Assembly: GCF_001447785.1 (NCBI RefSeq) | Contig: NW_015174931.1 | Coordinates: forward strand, 50,280 to 114,279 | Direction of reading: 5' to 3' | Origin: Gekko japonicus | Lineage: Eukaryota | DNA: 64,000 bases | Shown here: one piece after another, positions 1 through 13,500 of the stretch | Position numbering within the stretch: the first letter of the stretch is position 1 | Layout: the number at the start of each line of letters is the position of its first letter | Made by a program: the position numbers and the translations under genes | Notes under the pieces: model-generated | What the model saw: the letters and a program-made list of their open reading frames with translations, nothing else | Told to the model about the DNA's origin: nothing | The model's database searches: none

Positions 1-124
1 AACCTTCAACAGCAGCACATGTATGAAGAAAAGATAAAAAGTGTCAGTGAGTTGCCACTGCCAGTTCTGTGCGAACCCTGAAAATACTGTTCCCTACCAG
101 CAATTCTTAGCTCTACCTCAATAA

Positions 125-210
125 ACAGGAATGTTGTGGCATCTTAAAGTCTAAGATTTTATTCCAACATAAACTTTCATGAACAACAGCCACCTTCTTC
201 AGATACTACA
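125..210 (-). mobile_element. Penelope-like element (PLE) terminal repeat fragment
   Basis: Degenerate copy of the repeat at 442-1372 and 5850-5940; minus strand has CTGAAGA...GAAA core. Confidence 0.5.
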
Positions 211-441
211 AGCAGATCCTCACTATGCTATTTTATGTAGGAGTTCTGAAAAAAATAAACAGCATAATCAAGGGGCCATGAAACGCAGGAAGGACAGAGT
301 GAAATGTAATTATGTAAAAATCCAATAAAATCTAATCAAGGAGAGCACAGATGCCATTCAGTAGTTTTGTTAAGCTAACTAACATCTGTAACAGATGGGG
401 AGTCCCCGGTTTTGCTAAGATCGTTAACACTTAATTCTGCT

Positions 442-1372
442 AGATTCAGGTGGGGGTAGCCGTGTTGGTCTGAAGCAGCAGAACAAAGTTTGAGTCCAGT
501 GGCACCTTTAAGACCCACAAAGGGTGTGGTCACACTGGAGGCTTGGCGCGGTCTGGCTGTGGTTCAAAGTACTACATTGCAGTTTGTAACAGAGAGTTTT
601 AATCATACATCCCAACCTGTACCGGCCTCACTGCACGCCTGCCCTGTAGTCAACTGTTCAGAGTATTGCAGCATGGCAACCACGGAGTTACTGGCTTCTT
701 TTTAAAAAATCTGTCTTTTGCATAGGTGCATAACTGCTTATTTGAAGCACCGCCCCATTTTGACAGCTGGAGGAGGCTGCCTCCCCCTCTGAAAAAACTC
801 ATCTTTTCAATGAACCCCTTCCCCACCCTGTGTGCTGCAAAGCTGTAGGCAGAGGAACTGGCATGAAAAAGGACAAAGGAAGCTTCTCAGCCTGCCCTTC
901 CCTCCCCGCCTCACCTCAGAGGACAGCTGAAAGCTTGCTGGTGTGCACGAAGATGCGGTTATGCACACATTGCTGACTAAAAAAACAAGGAGCAAAAATG
1001 GGACAGAGCGATCAGACTTCCCAACTGGGTTGAGCTTGCACCGGGTGAGTTCAGAAATCCAGAAATGTGGGGTGAAAGTGCTGATATCCGTAAACACCAG
1101 ACTTTCTCCAGTGCCTGATCACTTCCAGAGCAGAGCAGAACAGGGTGGGACAACTGGGGCATGGAAAGAAGTTGCTGTCTGATCATGCTCTTTAAATCTA
1201 CAAAGGTAACGTAACTATACTGGCGGGAACTGCTCATGTGGCCACAACCAAAGTTTCATTTACAGTATAAGCTTTCATGTGCAAGTATACTTCATCAGAT
1301 TCACACAAAAGCTTGTACTGTGAATAAAAGTTTGTTGGTCTTAAAGGTGCCACTGGACTCAAACTTTGTTCT
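442..1372. mobile_element. Short Penelope-derived palindromic repeat, interrupted by a Harbinger-type MITE
   Basis: Arms agaacaaagtttgagtccagtggcacctttaagacc (~480-515) and its reverse complement (~1337-1372); 13-bp direct repeat acttaattctgct at 429-441 and 1373-1385. Confidence 0.65.
522..1249. mobile_element. PIF/Harbinger-type non-autonomous DNA transposon
   Basis: TIRs gggtgtggtcacac / rc ggttgtggccacat (11/14); TSD aaa 519-521 and 1250-1252; removal restores the PLE repeat. Confidence 0.7.
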
Positions 1373-3764
1373 ACTTAATTCTGCTGCAGGTGTTCCATTC
1401 CATTCATGCAAACCAGGAGCCTGCAGCCACAATTGCCGTCTCATGTGAACTGGGCAATATGTGCATTTTCCATGGGCTTATGCCTTCTAGTCATGAGAAA
1501 GTTCTAGACAGGACGGCTGTGGAGAGCTATAGTGTGATAAACATTTCAATTAAGGGATCACTGGGGGGGCAGGACAGAAGGGATAGTGTGAGGCCCATTT
1601 TAGCAGTTTCATGCTAGAGGAGACTCCTTTAAAATTCTTTTGTTGAAAAGAAGGTGACTTTCACGTTAGTGACAGAGCATCCTAGGACTTCTCTGTGATT
1701 TCTGAATACTGTGAATCTTACAGTCAGATTGATGTTTGTTTTCTGCTACAACAAACTAATTTTTCCTCCTTTGGACTTATTAGCACTACGCTTGCAACAC
1801 GGCGTCATTAAAGTCGTAAGAGTTCTGCACCCCCACTTTGTCAATCTACTCCATTGTAAACCTGCAGCAACATTCAAGATTAAAGTTCAAGATTCTCTTA
1901 ATCAAACACTGCCAGTCTTCCCAAATTACATGATTACACTGCAATATACATGAATGAGACTTCAGTAGAAGACCACCCAGCTCTTTTCATTTGTAAGCCA
2001 CAATGGAGCTAGAAGCCAAGTGTTTAAGCACGGCCCACTAGTACTCAAAACATGTGTAGAACATTTAAGGTTTAGTTTTGCATTAGTGAGACTGTTATTA
2101 AAATTCATCAGAAGGTTTAGACAAGACATAAAGAAAGCATCTGTGCTGGTTAATAATTACATTTTTAGATATCAGCTGCTTTACATGTTAAGTAGCCACC
2201 ATGATGAACTTGGATTACCTAGCCCATGTGTGTGATTTTCATACCTCTAGCTACAATGTTATTGATGCATTTGCCCTCAGAAGTTGCTGTTCGAAAATCT
2301 AAAGTGAATTTACTCCTTATTTGGTCTGTAACCTGTGATTGTCATGTGTCTAAAGCTCACTAAACTCTGAGGCCCATCACACAATAATGCTATCAATTAC
2401 CCAGGATATATGGGGAATGTGATTGCTCCCAAACCTTTCTGCATATTTGCATAATCTTGGTATTTTGTACCAGGGCCAAAGAATCCTTTCTCTGGCTCTG
2501 AACAAATGTTTGCAGACACAAGCCCATCCCATTCATACAAGTTCACAAGCAATAAAAGTTTGCAATATATTTCTAAAATGTCACAAATAGACCACATCAA
2601 GTTAAAATACATGGGTCAGATCTTGGGTTCCCAACACTTCCTCAGCTAATGCTGGGAAATTTGGTGGGCAGTACATGGGGTGAGTGGAGTTTGGGGAAGA
2701 TGCAGTGTCATTTCCAGGTAATACTCTAGGCTGACTCCCCTAGTCTGTATGATCTTTAACACAGAGACTAGAGGAAATTCCTAGAGCATAACATGCAGAA
2801 GCCATTTTTTCCTCCTGTACCTCAATTTCTTTGGGGGGGGGATTTGCAGCTGGGGGCAGATAATTCCCCATCCATGGTTTCATAAGGCCATCTGGGTCCC
2901 AGAGCCTGGTAAAGTATCCATTTCCCCCTCCCATTTTGGGACCTTGCTTGCTATGGCTTATTCTAATAAGTTTTACCTATAACGTACCTGCTCAGCCTGC
3001 CTATTGGTACACAACCATTTGTTCTAGAAAGTGTTTTGATAGTTATGGAAAGCAGGAACTTGCTTAATAAAAACCTGCAAGAAACACAGGAAAAAACCTA
3101 AATGTGTATACTACAGACCACAGTTGTTATATATCATATCTATCCAAATCTCCTGCTGATGCAATAGAGGTCTTGAGCCACTACCTGACTATGGTGGTTA
3201 AATGGCTAAGAGTGAACAAATTGAAACTGAATCCTGACAAAATGGAGATAATGCTGACTGGGAAGCCTGAGGTCTTGAAGGAGGGGATATCAGGCAGCAG
3301 CCCAGCACTGCTCAGAGCTTCGGGGATGGGGCAATGGGCGCAAATGACATCAGACTATGTGCTGATGTCAGGTCCAAGAAAAAACCTGGATGTGACAATC
3401 AGTGCATTGATTGACACTGTAGAAACTCTATAGTATTACCATAGAGTTTCTAGAGGGTCAGTTGACATTGGCACATAGACCAACGTCATTTCTTCCCCCC
3501 ACCGTCTCTCCCACCAGCCCAAGATGGGAGGACAGGAGATTGACCTTCTGAAGCAGGCGCTTGGCATGCCTGCTTGAAGGATGTTATGCTTCCCGTTTTC
3601 AGTGGAGATCAGCCAACCCTTGCTGACTCAGTTGTACTGGGAGTTATACTAGATCCAGCATTACTCCTGGAGAAGCAAGTTAAAGCAATTACATAAAATG
3701 CTTTCTTCCAACTCTAGTTAGCCTGGAAGATGGCTGCCTACCTAAACTCTGCCAGTCTGACTAC

Positions 3765-3970
3765 CAGTGTTCCCTCTAAGCTGAGTTAGTGTGAGCTAGC
3801 TCATAGTTTTTTAGCCTCTGGCTCACACATTTTTGTCTTAGCTCAGAAAGGATGGCTCCAGAACAAATTAATTTATGCAGTAGCCAAATCGCTTGCTCAC
3901 AACTTTAATGCCAGTAGCTCACAAAGTAGAATTTTTGCTCACAAGACTCCACAGCTTAGAGGGAACATTG
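3765..3970 (+). mobile_element. hAT-type MITE (~206 bp family, copy 1)
   Basis: TIR cagtgttccctctaagctg / cagcttagagggaacattg; 8-bp TSD ctgactac/ctgaccac. Confidence 0.85.
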
Positions 3971-4267
3971 CTGACCACCCAGATCCAGGCCACAGTAACA
4001 CTGAGACTAGACTATTGTAATGCACTCAACATAGGTTTGCCCTTGAAGTCCACTTGGAGATTCCAGTTGGTACAAAATGTCACAGCTCAGCTACTATCAA
4101 GAGCTAGGTGTCACGTGCATATTACACCCAGTCTGCAGCTACAACACTGGCTGCTCACTGTGCTTGATTCAAGATACTGGCTATTCCATATAAAGCCCTT
4201 CTTCAGACCTTCGTATCTGCAGGGCTGCCGCTCTTTCTCTTTGCTGCCACAACAGCTTCACTCATCT

Positions 4268-4482
4268 GAGCAGGGCTTTCTTCAGCTGTGACGGTGGAAA
4301 GTCATAGCTGACTTATGATAGCCCCGTAGGGTTTTCAAGGCAACAGACTTTCAGAGGTGGTTTGGCATTGCTCCCACCCACGTCATGACTCTGGCATTCC
4401 TTGGAGGTCTCCCACCCAAATACTAGCCAGGGCTGACCCTGCTTAGCTTCTGAGACCTGATGAGATTGGGCTAGTCTGGGCC
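4268..4482 (-). mobile_element. 5S rRNA-derived SINE (SINE3)
   Basis: Reverse strand resembles 5S rRNA (gaagctaagcagggtcagccctggctagtatttgggtgggagacc); homologous to 28465-28692. Confidence 0.7.
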
Positions 4483-5086
4483 TTCTTTAGTTACTGCCCT
4501 GTAAATGGGTGAGACCAACAATTCTCCATGCATGTGCATTCTCTGTTGAGGCCTCCACCTTCTATGATGGCATGCCTGAGAAGGTCAGGAAGGCCCCCAC
4601 ACTTCTGGCATTCCTCAAACTATGTAAAACAAAATTGTTCAGAAGGGCATTTTTAGAAAGGCAATAGGACTATATTATGATGCAATGGTTTAAGAAGGTG
4701 ATTTAATAAAAGGAATGGGACTATGGGCTACACTACTGCATATGATATATATTACCTGATTGCCATATTATTATCTTGTTCTCACTACATTGTTAGCTTT
4801 CTATGTAATCCTACCTTTTGACATTGTTAGCCTATCATGTCTAAAACTTATGTTTTGTTTTCGGATTTTGTAATCCTAGCCCCTATTACTTCTCTTATCA
4901 GACATTCTGTTGATTGCACTGCCTTACATTGTGTAATCTGCCTTCAGACTCAATAAGGAAGGTGGATTATACTAACATAAATAAGATAAATAATTTTTTT
5001 AAAAATAATAAAGCTATTTATACCCAAACTATGAGTCAACACCAAGGACGAATGATCTTCTTGAAAACAATAGGTAATAAGACTAA

Positions 5087-5628
5087 GGTCGCAGTCACAC
5101 GGGTGAGATAAAGAGTGTGGGGGGAAGCGAGGCTATTTACTCCATAGGAATTTGACCCGCAGTTGCGCGATCACACAGTCCTTGGAAGCTGAAGGCACAG
5201 CCCGCCACTGCATAATTAGACACAACCATGGGTGAGTCGGGTGGGTCCGTTTGTTACTGACACGCTTCAACGAGGGATTGATGAATTGCATCGCTGCACT
5301 GAGGGCTCCCTATGGAGTTTGCAATGATGCGCATACCGAGAAGGGGAAAAAAAACAATGGCACGGAGTTGGGATGGCCTGATCAGACCATCCTGATGCCA
5401 TGAGAGTGCATTGGAGTGATCAGACACCAGAAAGTCCGTCTGTGGCCCATAGCAACCCGTTTGCTACTGGACTTTCCCTGGTGTCTTTTTACTCCACTTC
5501 TGCGGCAGAGCAAAATGGGTTGCCGACGAGTGTGGGGTGCTTCCCAGATGTTCGTGTCTGATCGTACCCTTTAAATCCGCCCGGCATTCGTGCCTATGGC
5601 GGGGCTACTTGTGTGTGTGATCGTGCCC
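5087..5628. mobile_element. PIF/Harbinger-type MITE
   Basis: TIR ggtcgcagtcacac / rc gggcacgatcacac; TSD taa 5084-5086 and 5629-5631; internal gatcagac motifs. Confidence 0.7.
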
Positions 5629-5849
5629 TAAGTAGCAAACAGCAGAACATACTCTGTGGAATTGGTTATACTATTGGGAAATGGATCAGGGTGACCTATA
5701 TCCATCAATGGAAGTGTTAGGTCATGAAGTAAGCAACATACTAATTGTGCATTGGGCTGACTAGATAATGCATTTTACTATAAGAAGAGCTGTAGGGAAC
5801 AGAATTTTAAAAAGAATAAGTAAAGAAACACAGGGGGTGGAAATACAGA

Positions 5850-5940
5850 AGAAAAACAGGAGTCCAGTGGCACCTTGAAGACTAATAAAATTCATTCCAG
5901 CATAAGCTTTCATGAGTCAGAGCTCACTTTAACAGATACA
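5850..5940 (-). mobile_element. Penelope-derived repeat fragment
   Basis: gagtccagtggcaccttgaagactaa...ataagctttc matches the other PLE-like copies. Confidence 0.55.
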
Positions 5941-6049
5941 CGAGGTGTACCATTTATCAAGCCTATTTTTATTCAGAACAAAAAGTGGGGAAGTGAACCT
6001 TGCACAATCCACTAACTAGTGAAGCTTGTTATCTCGTGAAACTGCTCCT

Positions 6050-6335
6050 TTTTTAAAATAAACTTTTTATTGATTTTTTTTTCATATTTATAAAATGTTA
6101 AATAATAGAAAATACTGGTTATAAGTAACTGGTTATGTTTTTAATTTTTGATTTAGCAAGAAGTGATTTTATATGGTCTTGTCGTCGAGAAATATTTAAA
6201 ATCTTAGAAATCTTGGAGTTTCTTCAGTTCTTTTTGTTTTCTTTCATTTTCTCCCTCCTGTTAATTTCTTTTCCTTCTACCCCCCCCCATTTTTATATAT
6301 ATGAAAAAAATCAATAAAAAGTTTATTAAAAAAAT
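6050..6335. mobile_element. Short L1-like 3'-end insertion with inverted poly(A) ends
   Basis: 11-bp TSD aaactgctcct at 6039-6049 and 6336-6346; AATAAA plus A-run on both strands. Confidence 0.55.
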
Positions 6336-6433
6336 AAACTGCTCCTCATGTAAAATAGTTACATGACTCAGAAGGATGGATTGGGTACCTTGATTTTTTT
6401 TCCCTCACCTTTATTATGGATGAGTACTCTTTT

Positions 6434-7400
6434 GAACATAAGAATATAAGAAGAGCCTTGCTGGTTCAGACCAGTGGCCCATCAAATCCAGCATCCTCTC
6501 TCAAACAGTGGCTAGCCAGTTTCTCTGTAGGTGTAATAACAGGTATTCAGAGGTTGACTGACTCTGAATGTGGAGGTTCTCTTTAGTCACCATGGCCAGT
6601 AGCAACTAATAGATCTACATAAATTTGTAGAATCCTCTTCTAAAGCTGGCTATTCCTGTGGCCATCACTACAACCTCTGGCAGTGAATTCCACATTTTAA
6701 TGTATAGAAGTATAATGAAGTGTTTCCTCTGTGTAAATAAGTGTTTCCTGTGCTCATCATGAATCTACTGCCCATCAGTTTCATTATATGCCCTCGAGTT
6801 CCAGTATTTTAGGAGAGGGATAAAAAATTATTTTTGTCAACTCTCTCCACCCTATGTATAATTTTTTAAACCTGTATCCTGCCCCCCCCCCTTAGTCATT
6901 TCTTTTCTAAATGGAAAAGTCCCAGACTCTTCAGCCTTTCTTTGCAGGGAAACTGCTCCAATCCCCTAATCATCTTGTTTGCCCTCTTCTGTACTTTTTC
7001 CAGCTCTGCAATACCCTTTGTGAGATACAATGACCAAAAGTGCACACAGTATTCCAAATGAGGCTGCATCATAGATCTGTACAGGGGTGTTATAATATCA
7101 GCTGTTTTGTTTTCAGTCCCTTTCCTAACAATCCTTATTGTAGAGTTTGCCTTTTTCACCACTGCAGCACACTAGGTTGACACTTCCATTGAGCTATCTA
7201 CTATGACCCCAAGATCTTTTCCCTGCTCAGTCTCAACAATTTCATCCTATACTTGAAGTTGGCATTTTTTTGTCCAAATAGACACCACCTTACACTTACC
7301 AACACTGAACTTTATTTGTCACACTGTCGCCCACTCACCCAGCTTGTGGAGGTCCTCTTGGAGCTCTTCATAGTCAGCCTTTGTTTTCACCATCCTGAAT
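6434..7400 (-). mobile_element. CR1 LINE 3' fragment
   Basis: ORF 6896-7162 (PHLEYCVHFWS...LEKVQKRANKMIRGLE) is CR1 ORF2 C-terminus; CR1-type tail at 6434-6450. Confidence 0.9.
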
Positions 7401-7559
7401 AACCCCGCCCCCCGGCCGGCAGCCAGGTAAGACCTGGCAACTCTAATGACCACTAAAATGAGTTAGAATAGTTACTAAACTGGACAATTCTCCTCATAGA
7501 GACAATTTCAGATGTATACTACAAGTAAAATATATTCTGTATGCACTCTTCTCACAATA

Positions 7560-7845
7560 TCACTCTTGTCACACCCTGAACACTCCCTGTTTGAACTGCT
7601 GCCTTCAGGTAGAAGATATAGGACAATCAAAACAAGGACAAACAGATTAAAAAACAGTTTTTATTCGAGAGCTATTATTGCTTTAAATGCTGTATGAATT
7701 GGAATTTGGGTGACATTGGTGGTTAAGTTGCAATGTGAACCCTAATGGTTGTGTGAGTGTATATGAGTATGGTTGTAGATCACCGAATGATTGCACCTTA
7801 ATTTCGTTGTACTATGTACAATGACAATAAAGTATATTATTATTA
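7560..7845 (+). mobile_element. Rex1/Babar-type LINE 3' end
   Basis: HPEHSLFELLPSGRRYRTIKTRTNRLKNSFY then aataaa and (tat)n tail. Confidence 0.75.
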
Positions 7846-8519
7846 TATCCTGGAGGTCAAAAAAAGGAGGGCCACATGAGAAGTGGAAGGCCAATGAGAG
7901 TCTCTTCCCTGTCATCCTCTATAAAGTCTCCCTTGTTTAATTTCTGCAATTGTGGAGGCTGCCCAGTGAGCCAGGCCTCTGGGCTAGCAAATCTGTAATG
8001 TTTAACCTACCCAAATCTGTAATAAATTTGCTTTCTGACCCCTGAGTAATCAGTACCACTCACCCCCACTGCACTCCTGACTAAGGCGCTTCAGGTTTAT
8101 GAGCTCTGAAGAACTATAAAGTCTTTTTATGGGCAGCTTTTAAAATTTCAAATCAGAGTGTGTGACTAGGTAAACATTGGACAAAGCACCAATTTGCCGT
8201 GCACCCTGCCTAGTATGTACAGCATATGGACATCAATGTATGATTGATTTATTGGGCTTCATAATTAGCTACAGCCCCTACAGCATGCACAAAACACTCT
8301 TTAAAAATTCACGTAAATTTATATATATGCTAGAACAATCAGTGCCCTTTTAATTTCATTCACTGCCACACCCATAGGATATCTCCAGATTCTATGGAAG
8401 AAGGGGGGTCCTATGGCACTCTGGTGCATATGGAAGAAGCACCTCAAATGTGACTGAGGCACAATTTTTTCTTAAAGTAAGACTGGGACTGAGACATGAA
8501 CAATGGAAACCCATGAACA

Positions 8520-8710
8520 CATTCAATTGCCTTATAATGAATCAGACTACCGTAATGGTCCATCAAGGTCAGTGTTGTTTCTCATGTTGCGGTCTTTCAT
8601 ATCACCTATTATCTGATTCTTCTAATTGGAAACTCTAGGGACTGAACTTGGGAGTCGGGATCTTCTACATGCAAAGTTGATACTCTGCCATTGAGCCACA
8701 GCCCCTTCCC
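8520..8710 (-). mobile_element. tRNA-derived SINE (degraded)
   Basis: Homologous to 40672-40880 and 60120-60330. Confidence 0.55.
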
Positions 8711-8952
8711 TAAGCAAAAGGACAAGAGGTCAGAGGTCCAAGTCAATGTTTCCTAGTAATAAGGCTCCACCTAATAGAAAGGTCCCACCAATGATCATAC
8801 AATTATCTGCATCATGTGAGTGATCCAATATGGATCAAGTAGTAGCTACCTTCATTTATATTATAAGGTACTTCAAAAACATAGCATTTGTTTCCAAAGC
8901 TTCCACCAAGGTGAGTCAGAAATTTAGCAGGCAAACTTTCTCTTGGTATGGG

Positions 8953-9348
8953 CAGGGCTATTTTTGGGCAGGAACGCACAGGAACAGAGTTCCGTCTGGC
9001 TCCCGAGTTGGCTGCGCCCAGCAGGAACTCATTAGCATAATAGGCCACACCCAACAACAGAAACTCATTAGGATTGGCTACATTAGGGGTGTGTGGCCTA
9101 ACATGCAAAGGAGTTCCTGCTACAAAAAAAGCCCTGGGTTTTGACAACAAACAAGGTAAGCAGAATAACAAGCAAAAGGTGGGTGTGGCTGGATGACCAC
9201 ACTTCTGGTAACATGGGGGTGTGGCCTAATGTGCTAATGAGCTGTGCTGTCATGGGTGTGGCCTAATATGCTAATGAGTTCCTGCTGTTGGGTGTGGCCT
9301 ATTATGCTAATGAGTTCCTGTTGGGCTTTTTCTACAAAAAGAGCCCTG
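8953..9348. mobile_element. hAT-type MITE(s), cagggct...agccctg family, with internal gtgtggcctaatatgctaatgag repeats
   Basis: Terminus cagggct at 8953, agccctg at 9136 and 9348; same family at 35619. Confidence 0.6.
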
Positions 9349-9399
9349 GATGGGGATTAATAGGGAAGTGGGGAACAGCACATCACTTGCTTGATTAGT

Positions 9400-9432
9400 G
9401 TGAGTGAGTGAGTGAGTGAGTAGTGAGAAAGA

Positions 9433-9481
<49 letters not shown>
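9400..9481. repeat. (GAGT)n/(GA)n microsatellite
   Basis: Direct reading. Confidence 0.95.
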
Positions 9482-9482
<1 letters not shown>

Positions 9483-10439
9483 CTGCTATTAAAGGCATAG
9501 GAACATGGTCACTAAAAAGTTAACATTCCATTTTCCTACAGAGTGAAAGAAAAAGAATCAAAACTTCTTAGATCCAGAAATAAATAGCCAGACAAACAAG
9601 TGTGGATCCCATCAGAACTGTGTATGCTTATTACAGCACTGTTTTCTGTCTCCGTTGGTCTTTCACAGAGCTGTAGAGGGAAATTGCCAGATGTGGCTAT
9701 AGACTGGGCCCTTTCAAATGGGTTCTTCAGCTAGAAAGGGAGATATGGGGTAGGCTTTGCAAGAGTTTGGGAATCAAGATAAATATTTAAACCATTGCCA
9801 GATGTGCAAGTTTCTTATCTTTACACTGCATCATGTCTCATGTGGTTTAAAGTGTGGTTCGGAATTATTCTGACATCTCACCCCATTTCATTAGGTACTG
9901 GGACATTCATACAGAGGCTCAGAGTAGGATCAGTTCTTTGACTCCAGTAGAGCCAGTGACGAGGGGAGTGACAAGAAAAGGCACCTGGCTGTCCCTTAAG
10001 CACAAAGCAATGCAGAACCAAAACTCTGCAGTCAATGTCAGTCTTCTGTAGTGAAAGTGTTTGGGATGAAGACAGCTTCCAGATGAGCAATAAATAAAGT
10101 TGGTGTATACAGATCATTCACAAACACTGGGATGAAAAACAAGACTTGGTTGGCTTTCAAAGCATCTTTGCATTGTCTGTTTTTCTTTTGTGTGTTTGGA
10201 TTTTGCAAAGCTCCCAACCCTTCCCAGAGTGTGTTTTCAGAGAACAGGGCATGGGCTGCATTTATACTTTTGAAGTAAGCTCTTTAGAAATATAGGTGGC
10301 TAATGTCTTCAGTATGTATGAAATATACCATATGCTGGGAAACAAAAGGGGTTCTGTGCTATTAAAGTTTCAGCTCCACATTCCCCCTCCCTCTCCTCTC
10401 CCCCCTTTCACCCTTCCTTCCTCTGCTCCTGCTCAGGCA

Positions 10440-10556
10440 ACTAGGAGGGAGGGAGAAAGAAGAGAAACTCAGTTGCTCTGAGATGCAGGCTGAGGTGGAT
10501 GGAGAAGGAAGAGTCTGCTGGTGTGGTAGCCAGGCAACACCCCTTCACAACTTCAG
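10440..10556 (+). other. Possible distal non-coding first exon (5' boundary unknown)
   Basis: Donor CAG|GTAAGG at 10556/10557 in unique sequence; RFX-like gtagccaggcaac at 10526-10538. Confidence 0.25.
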
Positions 10557-13500
10557 GTAAGGTGGTCTTGCTAGGGAGAAAGGCTTACCCAGGATTGTAA
10601 ACTGGGGTTGGCTGGGATGAGGGAGTCAGATAGTAACTGAATGTTTGGTTTAGTTCAATGAGAGAGAAAAAGCAAGACTCAGAGATCTTACTTTTTTGTC
10701 TCACCATCATAATGGTACGGAGACTTTTCTAAGATTGTCTTTCTTCCAGGCAGTGATTTCTGCCATAATGGTGAGGCAGAGCATTTTTCTTACCATTGTG
10801 ATCTGCGTTGTACATTCCACTCAGCTAAGCAGCTGGATTTGGGTAATTAATGTTTTCCTACAACGAAGACAGAGCTGATAGTACTTAAAGAGACTGCCCT
10901 GTCTGTGCATTGGGAGTGGGAGAGCTTCACTTTAAGGATACACATCTCAAAGGTTCTTCTGCCTGCTCTTTTTTTAAACAATGTGCCTTTCATTATGTGA
11001 GGGCTGCTGAATAAAGTGCGGGGATATCACATGGCTTGGGGAAACCAATCAGTGCTGCTCTCTGGATTCCGTTACCTGATGGACTGTCATGACAGTCAGT
11101 GTGGGGTTGTTGTTTTTTAAAGTACCATCTCTATATAAACGGAATGCCTGATTAAAACTATGCACTAAATTCCCTTTGGAGATGCTGAATTAAGCAAATC
11201 CCCCTGGGGGGGGGGAGCCTCAGGGGGCCAACATGTCCATTTGGACCCACAGACCTCATAAATTGTAATTTCAATTGTTGGCTATTGTTACAGTTATACT
11301 ACAGAGTTATACTCTGCTGCTGGAAAAAGAAAGGAGGGGTCTTTTTTGACTGCATAAAAAGGCTATGCTGGGGATCATGGGATCTCCATGGACAAAAGCT
11401 ATAGTGGAGTGGGGACCATAGTAAGGAGGGGAATAAAGTGAAATGGATTGAAAAAGCTGCCATGCTTTCTTTGTTTTCTTTCATCATGTTTCACATGGAC
11501 ATCTTGTGCTTTTAAAAAAACAACCAAATAACTGCAAGGACTAGTTTTCCCCCCCCTTTGAATAGTTTGGGAGTATAGCCTTTTTCTCTCTGCCTTCTGG
11601 AAGGTTGAAGGTGCTGACATGTGCCAGCATGATATTAGGCCCTTCTGCTCGGCCTTAAAGAAACAGACTGTCCTTTGACTTGTCTGTTCTGTCAACATAT
11701 AGGGGTTATTGTTGCTGGTGAGGAGGTGGAAAAAAGGGGGGAAGAGAGGAGAAGGAGGGGGAAAAAATCAGGGAAGGGAAGAGACCTGAAGACAGACGTT
11801 GTAAATGTGATGCTAGTGAACTGCCAAAAATAGCAAGCTCTGAAAGTTTGTTTGTTTTTTGTCCTACCGTCTTTCACCACCATATCATAAAATTGCTGGT
11901 GGCACAGGGGATTCTAAAAGGAGATGTCTTATTTTCTTAAAAGACGCCCTAATACAGATGCATCATGCTAATCTGAAGTTTGGATAAACAGCTATGTCCT
12001 ATATATGGAGCTGGGATGTATTTTTGGTTGGTTGTATGGGAGGTATTATACCATATCTGATATTGTCTGATATTTTTATTACTATATGATATTAGTCTTC
12101 TGTGAACTGCTTTAAGTGCCCTTGGTGGTGCAGAAAGACAGTAATACAAGCTAAACTAACTAAAAATTGGATGCCCTGGCTTTATCTCAATATATATCTA
12201 CATCTTTTCTTGTTACATTTGTTTTCCACCCTTCCTCAAGGAAGTCCAAGGCAGTATAAAAAGGCTTATCCTACATTATCGTTACAACAGCTCTATGAGG
12301 TAGGTTACACTGAAAGGTAATAAGATCTAATGCCACCCACTAATCTTCATTAAGCAAATATCTGAATGCAAGTCAACATAAATCCAACATTCTATGTATA
12401 CTGACTCTCAGCTAGAATATGTGCTCTTAATAAATTTCCAGCACCCTAGTTGCAGCTACGGCCAAGTTGCAAGGAATACAATTGTACAAGTACAGTTTGG
12501 GGTCTTCACTGGCTCCGTGGTAGTTGGTTTATGACAATAAACTACCTAATAGTCTTTACCAAACATACCCACAAGTCTTTCTCTCCCCCCTTTTGTCTTG
12601 AAAGATTTTCAGACTGAACATCTTCTCTGTATGAACAATTTTGTGCACACTGCTGACAAAGGTGTCCTGCCTAGGGGAAGGGGAACCATGTCTGTGATTG
12701 AAACCTGTGCTGCCCAATGGCACTGAAAGAGTTAAGAGAGGGGAAAGAGGGAAAGAAATACAACAGAAAGTTTAGGTATGAAATGGTGGTTCAGAAGTTA
12801 TTTGTGCTGGCTTGCATTTTCACTCCCTGTGTTATTTCTAGTTCACATGTGGCATTTACAGGAAATGGATCCAGACGGCTGAACACACCTTCATTGATTT
12901 TGAGAGACCTGTGCAGGCATATGGATGCGTGGGTTATGGTGCTGGCCTCCTTCCCTCCCTCCCTGTGCCCAGTCTCCTTTCCGCACCTTTGTTGGAGCAT
13001 GCATAACATAGGTAATGCACAATGACCACTTCATACATAAGAAGAAATTGCATCATCAGTTTTTCCTAGCATACATGCATGGGTGAGATTCCTGCCTATG
13101 CATGCAGGCCATTCTGCATGCATTTTGACCAGCACATGAAAGTTGGGCACATGGAGGGCATGGGTCTGAGACAGCAGCTGCAATCCCCTGTCTCATATAT
13201 GCATCCATATTTCTAAAGAACTAGCCACTGGCTTCTTCTAAAAAGTTGTTCAGACTCCAGAATGCCTGGACAGACAAGAATGAGCCTTGTCCCCCACCCC
13301 CCAAGTAAAGAACATGTTCAGGCATTTCCTAGCCTTTTTTACCGAAGGCATAAATATTTCATATCAATCATCATCAATGGCGCAACCCTTGCTTCTATTT
13401 GTCAGTGAATACAACGTGTAATTATGTTAAAGCCAAAGTGCTTGCTTTGAAATACAATAGCACTTGATGAACTCTTTCCTTGAAGATTGATGTTACTTGT

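Larger units (their letters stand above)
3130..4995 (+). mobile_element. L2 LINE 3' fragment with nested insertions
   Basis: Peptides WLRVNKLKLNPDKMEIM and RLDYCNALNIGLP typical of L2 ORF2 C-terminus; A-rich tail ~4975-4995. Confidence 0.8.

Noticed and set aside
3893-4291. 132-aa ORF and similar ORF at 31817
   Set aside because: Chance fusion of MITE and L2 or flanking sequence
9200-9320. CRISPR-like spaced repeats (gtgtggcctaatatgctaatgag)
   Set aside because: Vertebrate DNA; these are subterminal repeats of a MITE with short similar spacers
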